Part shown: piece after piece, positions 1-12,837 of the stretch
Layout: each line of letters opens with the position of its first letter
How positions within the stretch are numbered: the first letter of the stretch is position 1
From: Perkinsus chesapeaki ATCC PRA-425
Lineage: Eukaryota > Protista > Perkinsozoa
Assembly (NCBI GenBank): GCA_013115145.1
Contig: JAAPAO010000338.1
Location: 1 to 38,218 of the forward strand
DNA length: 38,218 nucleotides
Reading direction: 5' to 3'
Made by a program: the position numbers and the translations under genes
Notes under the pieces: generated by a model
The model's database searches: none
What the model was told of the DNA's origin: nothing
What the model saw: the letters and a program-made list of their open reading frames with translations, nothing else

Positions 1-770
1 ACTTGTGTCAATGGTACGACGAACTGCAGTACGAATTGTCTCAATGGAACGAGGTGTATCAGCGACTGCCTGGGATGTCCGGCGAACTGCACTATCGCAT
101 CGTCTAAATCCGAATCGTGCATAACTCAGTGCCTAAACAGCACGAACTGCACAACTGTGTGCGCCAATGGAACGACTTGTGAAGATACTTGTTTGAACGG
201 ATCGTGCACAAGCTCCTGCAAAAACATTCGGCATGCTATCGATTGTACCACAGAATGTCGCAATTCCAGTCTAGCTGGAGTACTCAACTGCTCCCAGGCT
301 TGCACGAATGGTACATATTGTGTTGCCACTTATGCGAACGGTACGGAGCACGTTCAAAACTGCTCGGAGGGACCGCACTGTCGCAGTCTCAGCTGTGAAG
401 GCGTAGATTGCATGGTGCCTTGTAACTCAAGTTACTGCACAAGCCCATCTAACTGCTCAAATTGCAACTACACATGTTCGGCGCCGCAAGACATTTGTAT
501 TACGAGATGTGAATCCGGCGTTTGTACTACATCGTGTACGAATGGCACACATTGTAGCGATAACTGTACCTTGAACTCTCTGGGGTGTGAGCTGATATGC
601 ACCATGTTCGATCCAATGACAATTTGTGCTAGCGAAGGAGTAAACGGAACTCCAGACTACAAATATGCTTGTACGAATGGCACGTACTGCATCTCTACAT
701 GTTTATCCGATGGTAACAACTGCACTATAGCCTGCTGTGATGGCAGTGACTCTCCGTGTGGTGAATCTAG
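1..770 (+). other. Cys-rich ectodomain region with recurrent C-x-N-G-T-x-C motifs (part of the giant gene)
   Basis: Translation shows CVNGTTNC, CLNGTRC, CANGTTC, CLNGSC, CTNGTYC, CTNGTHC, CTNGTYC. Very high Cys content and dense N-glycosylation sequons. Confidence 0.8.
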
Positions 771-3700
771 CATTCCGGGTCCCATCAATGAGACCCTGAG
801 GCGCCTTACCGTCCCAGGTAGTTACTCTGATGGAGGGGGACATCGGCGGTTGACCCAGCTTGTTTCACTGGCCGGTGAGGAGCGGTATGCCATAAACTTA
901 ACCCATATGAATGATACTTTGCTGAACAGCGCTCGTTTAAGCGTCGCGGTTATCGAGCCAGCGATTGGCTCAGACAAGCACGTTCTCGTGGCGAGCATAT
1001 TCTCCAAGTCCTTGGAAATATGGAATATATCACGTGTCGCTGGCACGACGAGGCTTTGGGGCATAATTGATGGTATGCCTCACGTAACAGCTCTCTTTGT
1101 GCAAGGTAACTCTGCATACGTTGCGGAGGCTGGAACTCATAGTGTATTCAAATTCCTTGTGAAGAGTGAGTCTGGATCGGTGCTCGGGCTTGGGGACATG
1201 AAGAACTCGACGACGTTGGTGGCTGGTGGTTCGGGCGTTGGTCGGAGACCTGATCAGCTGTTCTTTCCCATGGGACTCCATGTTGACGAAAGGGAGAATC
1301 TTTTCGTCGCCGATACCTATAACCACCGTGTAGTGATGTACGGCCGAGCGCCTAATTCTAAACCTCTTGTCCTGCTGGCGGATGGCATTCGATTCCCTAT
1401 GGATGTTACGCTGAGCTCACATGGGGAGCTCTATGTGGCCGATGCACACAATCACCGAGTACTGCAATACCAAACTCGCCCAGCGCCTACGGTAGCCCAG
1501 TGCATCCTCGGGTACAGATGCTCTATCGTTCTTAATCCTAGACTACTAATCTCAACGCCTACGACCTCTCTGTTCATCATTCATAATACCAGCAGTTGCC
1601 GGAATGTTACTGACCAAGATCTCGTCTCATTCTGGAACACCACGGGACATAAGCTCGCTAATCCAGGTTATCCCCGTCCTCTACTGGACGCAGATGAATA
1701 CAGCTTTGGGGTTATCTCGCACGCGGTCCGAGAGACCAACTACTCCCTCTGTTGGTCTCATCATTTCACATCGGGCATTGCGAGCCATGACTTATACGCT
1801 GCCGGCAAACTCTCCATTATTGGTCCTATGCCTAGCTCGTTCGAGTGTACATTATCTGTAAGATGCCTAATTGATATACGTGGCATGCATATCGATGCAA
1901 CGGGCTCTCTCAGTGTAGTCGAGCTGAACATCTCGGCTATCAATCAGCAAGACCACGCAAACTCCGCCTCTATCATTCGGGGTTGTCGACAACCGGGTGT
2001 TAGAGCAGCCAACTGGCTTGGGCTCGTGAACCCAGCTATTATCTCCGGCAATGCGACAGCATTTGATCTCGGAGTTCCAATTGGCGGGCCAGTTGGAATG
2101 CATCACGCTGTTTGCTGGGATGATGTGGCAAGTAAATCTCCAGGGGCACTAGGAGGAAGAGAGAAGTTACATGTTGGGAACTTCACATTATACGGTAAGT
2201 GAAGCCATATAAAATTCAACCTTGGTTGACACACTGCATGACTATTCCCCTCAGGCCCTCGCCAAGGACATAACTCTCATTGTGTAATCGGTAAGTGGTG
2301 CAACATCACGATATCTATGGTTGTACCCAATATGTCGAGCTCGCTGGTGATTAAACAGAAAGAGTCTCCCTGTGCGGAACCAACGGCAGGCTCCTTCGTC
2401 ACGTGGAACACCACTGTCGGAGACACTACGTATGGCACCAAACCTATCACCAATCTTCTTACATGTGGCGCCTTGAACCATAACAACCAAGTGCGCAACT
2501 GCACCTTTCCCCTTGGCCCGCTTCAAGGAGGTTATCCTGGGCTGAATTATCGCATGTGTTGGTGGGCCGGTGATAGGCCCACTCATCCCGTAGATGTCGG
2601 GAGACTTGCGATTCATGGCCCGCGTCCAGTAGGGCATGTCTACTGTCTTGCCGGCGCTACCTGTAAGGTCCATTTGGTCGGATTCGGCTTGGCTGGTGCA
2701 AGTAGATTGGCACTCGTGTCCTCCAACTTACCGTGCCACCTCGCTGAAGGCGCGCTGGAAATCAGCGGCACGTATCCGAGTATAGTTTCTAGTTCATCAT
2801 TCGAAGGCAATGTTACGTATGACCTCGGCACACTCTTGCCTTCCCGGACTATCACGGGGAGGCTTTGCTGGGCTTCTGGCGCAGACAGTGATGTTCGCTT
2901 CGAATCCTTCAGCGAAGTTGGTTTTTTAACTGTCACCCGACCTGATCCTGTATCGGCTGAGTGCGTGGTTGGATCGAACTGTACTGTGGTGCTTACTGGA
3001 AAAGGCCTTCTATCATCGAACCACCTTCTCGTGACAGCAGGCATGCATTGTGGTGCCTCGGAACAGATTACGGCGGCACCGTATAACAATATGTCAAATC
3101 CAGTACGGGTTTCAATCTCCGGCCGGAATGACACGTTCGAGTTCGGCATTGCCACAAATAGGCTAGGCGGGTCAATAATGAAGCTATGCTGGTCTCCTCA
3201 AGAGCCTCCTACTGGTGACCTCTCCAGCTTCGTTGTCGATGTCGGCAACTTTACAATGCACGGCCCTGATCACAAGGATTCGTCTTGCATTCTCGGTGAA
3301 GAATGTTCGGTTCGCCTCACTGGGAGTGGATTGAATGAGACTAACAGGATACTTCTGGTCGATCGAACACGATCGGCTACGGGTGGACCTGCAAAATGCG
3401 GAAGCCGTCATCTGGTGACGACTGGTTTCACCTCAAGCATTGTGTGGTTCAACGAGAGATCGGCAACAGGCCTGAACGGGCGCAAGTCTCAGAATTTTGT
3501 CTTGGGCATTCCTATGGGTGGAAAACCGGCGCTTGAGAATTATGATATGTGTTGGGCACCAGAACGGCGAGTTGCTGGGGCCTACTCTGATTTTGTTTAT
3601 CCTGTTGGCCGTTTTGTGATGAGCGGGCCCTTCCGGAGGGTATCCTATTGTATGATTCGACAAGCATGCAATATATCACTTGAAGGTATCGGATTGACTA

Positions 3701-6700
3701 GTACGAACCGTATATTAGTTATCCGTGACACCTACCGATGTGGGCAAGCTGTTCCCTTCAGTGGAGTTTTATCTACCGAAGGACTGGTGGTCCCCGCTAA
3801 TGTGACTCGTGGAAAAGACGGAAACTGGACTCACTACTCTTTGGGATCGCCAATGGTGGGAGATCTCAATACTTATCGGGTATGCTGGTCGCATGACCCT
3901 GACTCCGTGCTTCTGCCTGGATCAAGCAGAGCGTACCACGCTCTCTTCAGAGTAGAACTCGGCACGTTCCACGTCGTCTCTGTTGCTGCAAATACGTCCG
4001 TCTGTATAGTCGGCCAGGAGTGTGTTATCGACGTTTATGGTGTAGCTTTCCGTGACAGCAACATGGTCACTGTCGTTGCTGCCCGCACCAACAACTATGC
4101 CGAAGTTGCTTGTGGTCCCGGCAGTGAAGCCGCCGGTCCAAGACTTGTCAGTAACATCTCGGTCCCAGCTAATTCTTCTAACTTTGGCAGCAACAATGGA
4201 ACGTATAGGAACTACTCACTCGGAGTTATAATGCAAAGGCCAATGGGGTATCTTTTGCGCGTTTGTTGGGCTTTCCACCCAACCAGCTCGGAGCCTTCCG
4301 AATTCCGTGAGGATGCAGGAAACCTCATTCTCATCGGTCCTGACCATGTTGATACCCAGTGTGTGCTCGGCGAACCTTGTAATATCATCCTCAGAGGAGT
4401 TGGCTTGCGGCCGTCGAATCTGATTCGGGTCATTCGACCGACACTTAAAGATGAAACTGAAAGAGGTGCACGTCCTGATGTGCACTACCAGACTTCTTGC
4501 GACTCGCCATACGCTGACCCTGCCCAATGGCAGGGAATGTTATCCTACTCGAACACCTCTAGTTTGACGAACAGTGATTATGTCTACCGAATGGGAACCC
4601 CAACGGACGGTGATCCAGCCAATACGAGCTACATACTCTGTTGGCAATTCGCGAAGGATGCGAGCCGTGGTATGTTCAGGTCTATCATGGTGGGTAGGTT
4701 TATCATGGCTGGTCCGAATATTGGTATTTATGAAGCTGACACGAACCATACTGGCAAGTTGGTGGTCCGAGGGATAGGCCTTCGGCCAAGCGACCGACTC
4801 ATCATCGTCAAGGCCACGGATAGGCTCATGAATCCATGCGGTCGAGTGAGCGAACCGCTAATGTCAGAAACAGATGTCTGGGTCGACAACGGTACGTGGG
4901 TCTCAGACTCCCAGATAGTATTCCGTGCAAGGCTGGCGAATGCGGGTGACACTTATGCCGCATGTTGGAAGCATGGCCCCGTTGGAGAGTGGACAGCGCA
5001 GAGCTTCGCAATATTATCTACTGTTATCGTGGTTTATGGCCCGCGACCGACATCTTTGAAATGCCGCCTCAACGGAGCCTGTGGAATCTCTCTGCAAGAT
5101 GGAGCATTTGATATCACGAGCAACAGGCTCCTAGTCTCCGCCGATCCTGACTCGTGTAATGGTACCGCTATAGCACAGTGGAAGCTGAAAGCGGCCGCGG
5201 CAGAACACAGTAATCGTAGGTTTGATCTTGGCCGCCAATACTACAATAACATCATCACTGATGCTATAAGAGTTCGCCATACTCCAGGGACGTACTCCCT
5301 CTGTTGGGCTGGCTCCTCACGCCTTGACTCGTACAAGTACCGGGCTGGAGAGTTCCGTCTGCAGGGGCCTATGCCAGAACAGCGTTTCGTTGTTGAAACT
5401 AACCAGAGCACGTCCCTCATGGTGCGCGGATTCGAGCTCACAAACTCTAGCCGCCTGATAGTGCTCAGGGGTAATATCTCTTGCAATGGGACGTACAGGA
5501 AAAGTGGTTCAGAGGTCGCTGAGCTCAACCCTGTACCTATCATACATCACGGCGAGGTTAATGGCCACAACACAGCTGAGTTTTTCCCGTTCCGAATCTC
5601 ATCAGTCTCTGGTATATACACCGTTTGTTGGACTGATAGAGATTCCAATCCATTTGATGTCCGAGTTGGTTCTGTCACGGTAGAAGGGCCGGATAGGCGG
5701 CGGGATTTCCTTACAAATGTACAAGAGCTGGGCAACTACACTATTACAGGCTACCATATGTCCCTGAGAGATCGCATCTGGTTGGAATTCGCTACACCGT
5801 GCACTTCGTCATCAGAAACCCTGGACGTTGCATTCTCCATCAGAAGCTTCTCCAATGTATCTGAGGCCACATATGGTACGAGCGCCATTTTAATGAACAT
5901 CCGCTTGTGGAATCTAGGCCGATGGCACTTGTGTTGGAGGCGCAACGGGACGCAGCCGTTTGCGTTTGGCTCAATCGTGGCTCGCGGTCCGCGAACTAAA
6001 ACCTATGTCGGCGTTGCCGCGTCGGCGTTTCTGCTTGAGTTAACTGGAACCGCGCTGAGTCCTTCCAATACCGTTATCATCACGTCTCGGAATACGCAGT
6101 GTGGGGCCAGTACTTTACCTCCTGGAACGTTCACTCGGGCACTAGCCTCGAGGGATCCCTACAGTAGCAGTGGTTCAGTATCCCGGTATCTTGTTGATGA
6201 TATCCAGAAAACTGGTGACTATCGAGTGTGCTGGTCCCATGAAAACCGCGATGATATCGTTCAATCGGTCGAGTATTATCGTCATGATGCAGGCTTGCTT
6301 AGAGTCGCCGGGCCTGCCTTGGCATCAGAAGATTCCTCTTTATCCTATCGTGTGGGACAATCGAACAGGCTCCTCGTTCGTGGATACTTTCCCGAGCCAG
6401 TCGCGAGCACTATGCGTATTGTGGTGTCTGAATATCCTTGTGGCCAGAGATCGACGACAATGACGGAGTATCTAGCTTACGTAGGGACGCCTGCGGCCGA
6501 TGCCGATATTAAACACTTGGTGAATGCTACTTGGAGCTCTGTACAGCTCATTCGCAGTGGCTCGTACTATGTGTGTTGGTGTGCCGGTTTTGATGGTGTG
6601 GAGTCTATTCCCTGTGAAAGCCGCGACGGAGGCGAAAGCTATGCGAAGCATGTCCTCAGTATCAAGGCGACCGTGGATACCCTCCCACCGCCAAATATCA

Positions 6701-9700
6701 TTTCCGCGGAGTTCATCTTGCAATTCACCAGAGTTGTTATACTATTCGATGCTGCTATCCAGGTGGTCGGCTGCGTAGCCCCTACACGGAGCATCGGTTT
6801 CTGCGAGTGCGTGCTGGACACGGCTACACTTGAGGCCCTTGGCGAGCCTACTCAAGCTTCGTGCGAGATCGGACGGAATGACTTTGCTCTACTGGTGACC
6901 TTAGGTTCAGAAAGCCTTCTTTCGCTACCAGGCGTACTAGCCAGCGGTCGCGTAGACCAAGTTACAAAAGTTGGTATAATGGGTGGTCGGCTTCGGCGCA
7001 AGACTGAAAGTGGCTCGAACTATGCTTCTGCGCAGGAGATTGCTCTATCCACGTCAGAGCCGCTTCCGAAGGTTGGCCTGAAACTTATCGTTTCATCGCC
7101 TATCGGGCCTTGTTCGGAGCTCGTGTCTTCTACTATAGGCAGCGTGGGTGATGCTGGTCGAGACTTCGTGTATCGCTGGTCCGTCGAGTGCGAGATCGCT
7201 GCATTCTGCAGTGGCATTTCTGCGTACTTCGATGCTTCCAACGACGGCCTGGTGACTATACCTAAGATCGGCATTTTCCGAGCCTGGGGAGCACTCACTG
7301 GACCACAGCGGGACCAGACTCAATGGGTTCGTGTCAGCGTTACAGTGTCGAACTTTTGGGGTTCCTCCTCGACGGCAACGGAAGAGACTCTCCTCATCGG
7401 TGGAGATGTGATCATCCCTGCTATCTCTCCGTTGACACCTGAGATTGTCCGAGCATCACGGCAGGCTATGCTGGAGGTCGCGGTTGCTGTCCGCGCTGGG
7501 CAAAGCCAGTCCCAATGTACCAGTGGTTCTCCAAGGTTCGGGGAACTTCCCACGGTTTCATGGTACATCAGTGGGCCGGTGAGTGGCTCCGACCCGTCCA
7601 TTATTGACTCTGTTCGAAAACAACCGGTGAGCACAGGCGTTGAGGGGTTTCCTGGTTGGATCGACAGAAGCCCCAATCCCGCCGTACTAATGATACCGGC
7701 ATCAGTTTTCCAGTATAACACGACGTATAAGCTACTTGCTGTGGGATACGCCCCGTCCAAGCCAATGTACAATGTCTCCAAGGTGTTTGTGATACAGATA
7801 GCACCCCAAAAGAAGCCAATAGCCGTCGTTACCACAAGCCGGTATGTAAAACAAGCGTGTGGCTTTGTGGTTTCTGCATGTGAAAGCTACGATCCCAATG
7901 GTGTGGTTGGAGAGCTGGGCAGAGTTAGTCCTCTGGAGTACAGCTTACCCTGTTTCATCACGGGAACCGAGCTTCCCTGTCTTCCGATAGAGTCAAGCGG
8001 CACCTCCAACGAGACTACGGCATACAATAGAGCAGCCGCGGTGATGACCGGTAACTTCTCTGGAACGTGTGATGTGGCCGTGCCTCCGAAGGCCTTGCTC
8101 CCTGGCTCCTATACAGTTAACGCTCACGTAAGGATCCCTGCTGGATTGAATACTTCCTTACACCTCGTCAGCGAAAGGCAGACCGCTGTGGTGACTGTAG
8201 AAACAGAGAGCTTGCCTCCAGTCGCCGTGAGTCACCTTAAGGAGAGATATTCCCCACAGCAAAACTTCAGTGCAGTCGCTAATATGAGAGTCGAGGGGGC
8301 AGGATGCTCTTCAGGAGGTCGAGTCCAAGCATTATGTTTGGTCGTGAAATTCTCTGAGGAAATAAGCGGTTCGCTGATTGGTGATAAAAGGCGGTTTCCC
8401 GCCAGGCCGGGACAGGTGATTACGATGGCCTCCTTGGAAACCACTAACACAGCCGAAGGACAAGCTTACGCTTGTAAATGCGACCTTACTTGCAGAGGTG
8501 TCCTAGAAGAGGGTGAAAGTTACGCATTTGTCTTCGTCGTGAGCCCAACAGATGATGCTCTCGACGAGTTCCGCGAAGGGCCCATCGGACTTGAGAGCAT
8601 TCTTGCTGGGGAGTGCGTCACTTCACTAGGCATCCCATGTACTTCGGTGACGATGGAATCTCCAGTTGAGGCCCACACTTCTACACCGTTCACGATCGAC
8701 GCTGTTCCCAAATCCGGGAAGGTGGAGATCACACCTGCTGTGGGTGAAGAGTTCACGACATCGTTCAACATATGGACTGGCGGATGGGTGGACGAGGCGC
8801 CCGAAGATCTCGAGTTGCGCCTCGAATACGCTCGAGTCAACCGTACTGGATCTGACGAGTTGGCAGTCGGATCGAAGTGGAGACGGCTGACTGACTGGCA
8901 GAAGTCTTCAGCTTCGTACAACAACCTTTTCTTGCCTGCTGGGGAATATGTCTTCCGGGCCTGGGCATTGGACTTACACGGGAGCTCTGCCAAAGCACAG
9001 GTGCGGCTCACAGTGAACAAGGTCTCCAATCTACAAGTTGGCGTACTCAACGGAGTTCTGAGTCAGGCCATAGCAGGTTTGCTGCTGCATTAGTTTAACT
9101 CGGACTGCTCCCCCAGGTACTGATACAAGTGCAACCTTGAACACTGTGCAGGCGCTATCACTCGCGGACACCTCCTCGGCAGGTATTGCAGGCAAATATT
9201 GGCTCGGCCATCTCCCTGTGTTTCCCGAAGATACTGAGGAAGCCAAGGAGCTCACTACGGCAATGCTGAGTGCAACGGCTGGTGTGCTGGAGCTTATGGC
9301 TATGAACGACAACGAAGCGGCTCGAGCAGCAGAGACCCTTCTGACTGTGGTTACTTCAAAAGCACCCAGAAAACGAGGTGAAAAGCCACGACAGCAAGGG
9401 AAGTTCCTTTAGAAAACGTGTCATGTCATGCAGGCTCGATCCGCCCCACTGCCATGAGCAAGAATGACTTGTCGAGTACCACACGAATGCTCGGCACAAT
9501 CTTCCAAAAAGCGCGAGCTAATGCTAATAGCCTGTCAGAGGGAACAATTAGTTCTGGATTCAGCGCACTGGTAACCTCAGTCGGACGTATTTGTGGAGCC
9601 CAGTCTTGATGTTACTCAAGGTTCATACCAGCGCTGGCTCAGTGGCTATCTCGGATGATACTGCTTCTAGTGTCACCGAGGCCATGGATCTAGACAACCG

Positions 9701-12700
9701 CATTCGTGATGTCGTAGACTCCTGTGCAGTTGCGGCGGTCGACATGATTTCACGCTCGGTAGCTCTTCGAGATGTACGTATGCTCTCTTAAGCGTTATGA
9801 TCAGGGTACGCGGAGATCGCGTATCAAAAGCGAAGACGGCGATAACGAGCTGGAGGTGGCACTGTTCGACACCGCTAATGCCAGCAGTGTTCTCTCTACG
9901 ACGGGAGACGGTAGAAGGCGCCTTCAAACAGGGCTGCTCAACGCTACGTCATCGCGATACAATTACACTGAATGTTCCAGTGGTGTCTACACTAAGAACA
10001 TAATTTACGGCACTAATCGTTACTATGACCTCTTCGGCTTATCCGACGAGCCTGGTATATCGGAGAACACGATCCTTGCTGACTTTGCTGTCCACTGTTC
10101 GGCCCAAGGCACAAGCGATGTGATGGCTCTGGGCAGCGAAGAAGAAGTCATGGTCAGGGTACCTCTAAGAGTGGAAGAGGACAAAAACGTTTACCTTTGC
10201 ACGAGACTGGACGAAGAGGCCCGGACCTTCGTATACGAAGGTGTTTCAACATCATCGTGTTCCACGGATCCTGAAGATTCTTACTGTATATGCGCAACGC
10301 AAGGATACGGCGTCCTAGCCGTAGCGGTGCTTGCTTCCAGCACTGATGCTTTCATCGTGGAGACCCTTCATGATGCTTACACGGATGATATCCTCGTCGT
10401 TATTGCAACTGACTACACGGTGCCGATGATAGCCATCTGTGGAGTTTCCTTTGTATTATCAGTTGTGGCTATGCTATACGCTGTCAACAAGGACCAACCC
10501 AGTAGTGCAACAATCAGCGATCGCGACAGGTTTGAGTTCCTGTCATTATGTGCATCCGACTCGGCCTCGTCGAAACACTCTCAGAACAGGAATAAGAACG
10601 ACGTCCTAGCGTTTGGTCAGTTAACTGGAGGCACGCCGGAAAACGCAAGCCGTCCTGCAAGCCAGCCAAGAGTTCAACAAGCCGAGCGATCGGACTCGGA
10701 CGATGAAAAGAACCACATATCCAGCCAAGAGAGCCTTTACAGAAGGGCGATTCCTAGGGAAGCAGGGGTTTTCGGCTTCTGGTGGGATCTTTTGCTTCGA
10801 GAGCATCCCCTCTGGTCATGGTTGTATCCCAAGATTTCCTTCACACACTCTACCACGGCTGGATTGATCTCCATACGGTTTTGGTTAATGGTGAGTTGTT
10901 AATATTTCGACAGGCCTTAGACCTCCACTTTCTCTACATAGGTACTCCTGATTTGGGGATGGTATCAAGGGCGCTATCGCGTGTCCACATATAAGGATGG
11001 CCTGTTCGATGGGCAGTGTTGGTGGACCCCCTACCCTCAGCCAGAAACGTGGGAAGACCGCTGCCTTTTACGCATGAGCGCCCTCGCAAACAATGAACAG
11101 CGAAGCATGGCTGCCTTGTCGGATGTGGAACGTGCGAACTACATATCGCTGCTTCAAGTTGAAGACGATCTGCTGGAGCAGGCGTGGTCTACCACTAGCC
11201 ACTCGAGTGCCTGGTCTAAGATCGCTAATAGCTCAGTTGACCAAGGCTTCACCGACTGGCTGTCCATGCCTATATCGACGCGTCGAGTTGCAGCAGCTCT
11301 TGGGTATGGTGAGGATGTGTGGAGAAACTGTGATTCTAGCATCGTAAACTCAAATGACTGTGTGGCCCGATTTAACGCGCTACAGCTGATGCAGACCCGA
11401 AGCGATTGGACTAGAATGAACGCCTCTGAACGAGCGCCTTGGATGAGCCTAGGCTACAGTACCTACGCTGAGTGGACGATGTCTGAGCGGCCCCAACTGT
11501 GGAGAGAATCTCTCTGGTATAACTTGACTACTTCTCAGCAGGCTTCCGCTCGCGTTATTGGATACAGCGAAGATACGTGGGATCGATGCGGCCATAAACA
11601 AGCCGACGGAGTCGCGGGCTTCACAAGACCGTTGAAGATCGAGGACACGTGCGCTGGCGCATTCCTTCTAATGATTAACTCCGCCGAAACCGTGCTCGTC
11701 GCTATAGGCGCGGAACTGGTGGCAGTGTTGGTAGCTAATCTTGTCGCATCGAGCGTCGCATGGAAGCGTCCCCTCACATATTCAAGCACCGACCCCGACG
11801 AGAAGCGTCGCCAGCGGCGTTCCATGCTGAAGCGCATTGCGCGAACTGGCACTATAATGAGAGCTGTGTCCTTTATATTCACGCTCCTAGCGGCACAGAG
11901 TATTCTCTTGCTCGCCATATTGGGGATCGGTACCGACAAGCCGAATGACCGTACTGTTAACGGCACTGTCGACCCGCAGCTACATTCCCATTTCATATCT
12001 TCCTCGTTGATTGCCATGACAATACTATCTATGAGGCCTCTTCTCTCTTCATTCGTTATTGCTCTATGTTGGGTCACTATGTGCTCGAATGAAGACCATT
12101 CTCGTCGGCGTCGTGCCGGGCTAGTGGATATGCTAGTTCGACGTATAGCTGACCCAGTTCAGGTGAGCTTTCAGAGGAGCGGTTTTATTTTGGAGTAAGA
12201 TCGTTTGGTTATGGAATCAGGTCATCAGCCTTGCCAAGGCTGAAAAGCAAGCGCAGGACGAGCGGAGACGAGCAAAGAAGCGGCGAGAAGCTGAAGAGAA
12301 GGAAGAACTCAGGCGAGAAATCGAGCGCACTCTAGCGGCCGCCGTCGGTGAAAGGCAGCGCTTAGAGCTGAACCGGGTATGTTCACGAGACGAGGGGTCC
12401 CGAATCCCTCGCTTATTATTGGTTAATGATGCTTTACTCCTCAGCCTCAGCCGCCTCCTTTACCACCCCACGTAGCTGCTCGAGATATTAGCTTAGATGA
12501 TACCAGTTCACCCTGGATGAGCGTGACTCAGACAGGAGGCCTCCCCCCTTTACCGCCTCCGCTGCGCGACTATAGGTGGGCGTGATGACTCTCTTACGGG
12601 TAGGTTATTGCACAGGCATGGACCACCGCGTACAGCGGACTTGGACCCTTACCGGTATGCGAAGGATCGAGAACGAAGAGAAAAAGAACGAGATAGGCGT

Positions 12701-12837
12701 GCTAGGAAACGCTTGGCTCGACAAGCCGAGGTAAACTTGCAGGGGAAACTGATGGGGACGTGAGAGCCTTGCAGATACCGGGTGCCGCGAGAGCCAACAG
12801 CCGGAGCGCTAGCCCCTCCAAGCCCCCATCTGGGTAA
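1..12837 (+). CDS. Giant multi-exon polycystin-1/REJ-like membrane protein (~4000 aa visible, 5' end outside the window, 3' end uncertain at 12837-13137)
   Basis: Frame is open from base 1 (TCVNGTTNC...). Hand-spliced GT-AG introns restore the frame: 2195-2254, 9077-9116, 9378-9412, 9571-9620, 9774-9804, 10891-10941, 12163-12220, 12377-12444, 12576-12615, 12731-12774. These join ORFs 157..2202, 2317..9093, 9137, 9418, 9591, 9772..10902 and 10981..12198. REJ-type motifs: IGPCSEL..S.GDAGRDFVYRW and VPKSGKVEITPAVGEEFTTSFNIWTGGWVD. GPS-like Cys cluster, about 5 hydrophobic helices, and the polycystin-1-like EHPLWSWLYPKISFT..T motif. Family call is from remembered motifs. Confidence 0.75.
1078..1470 (+). 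other. NHL-repeat (beta-propeller) region of the giant gene
   Basis: VAGGSGVGRRPDQLFFPMGLHVDERENLFVADTYNHRV and FPMDVTLSSHGELYVADAHNHRVLQY match the NHL consensus P.G+.VD..G.LYVAD..NHRI. Confidence 0.85.
1490..6670 (+). repeat. Protein-level tandem array of 15 modules of ~110-140 aa (CxxGxxC...YxxCW...GxLxxxGP) in the giant gene
   Basis: Fifteen 'xxCW' cores (YSLCW, HAVCW, YRMCW, GRLCW, MKLCW, YDMCW, YRVCW, LRVCW, YILCW, YAACW, YSLCW, YTVCW, WHLCW, YRVCW, YYVCW). Most are followed by G-x-F/L-x-x-x-G-P. No obvious nucleotide-level identity between units. Confidence 0.85.

Noticed and set aside
822-9312. Many minus-strand and off-frame ORFs (e.g. 2640..3155, 7320..7835, 8520..9050) over the giant gene
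   Set aside because: They are shadows of a long, motif-rich coding frame and have no recognisable domains.
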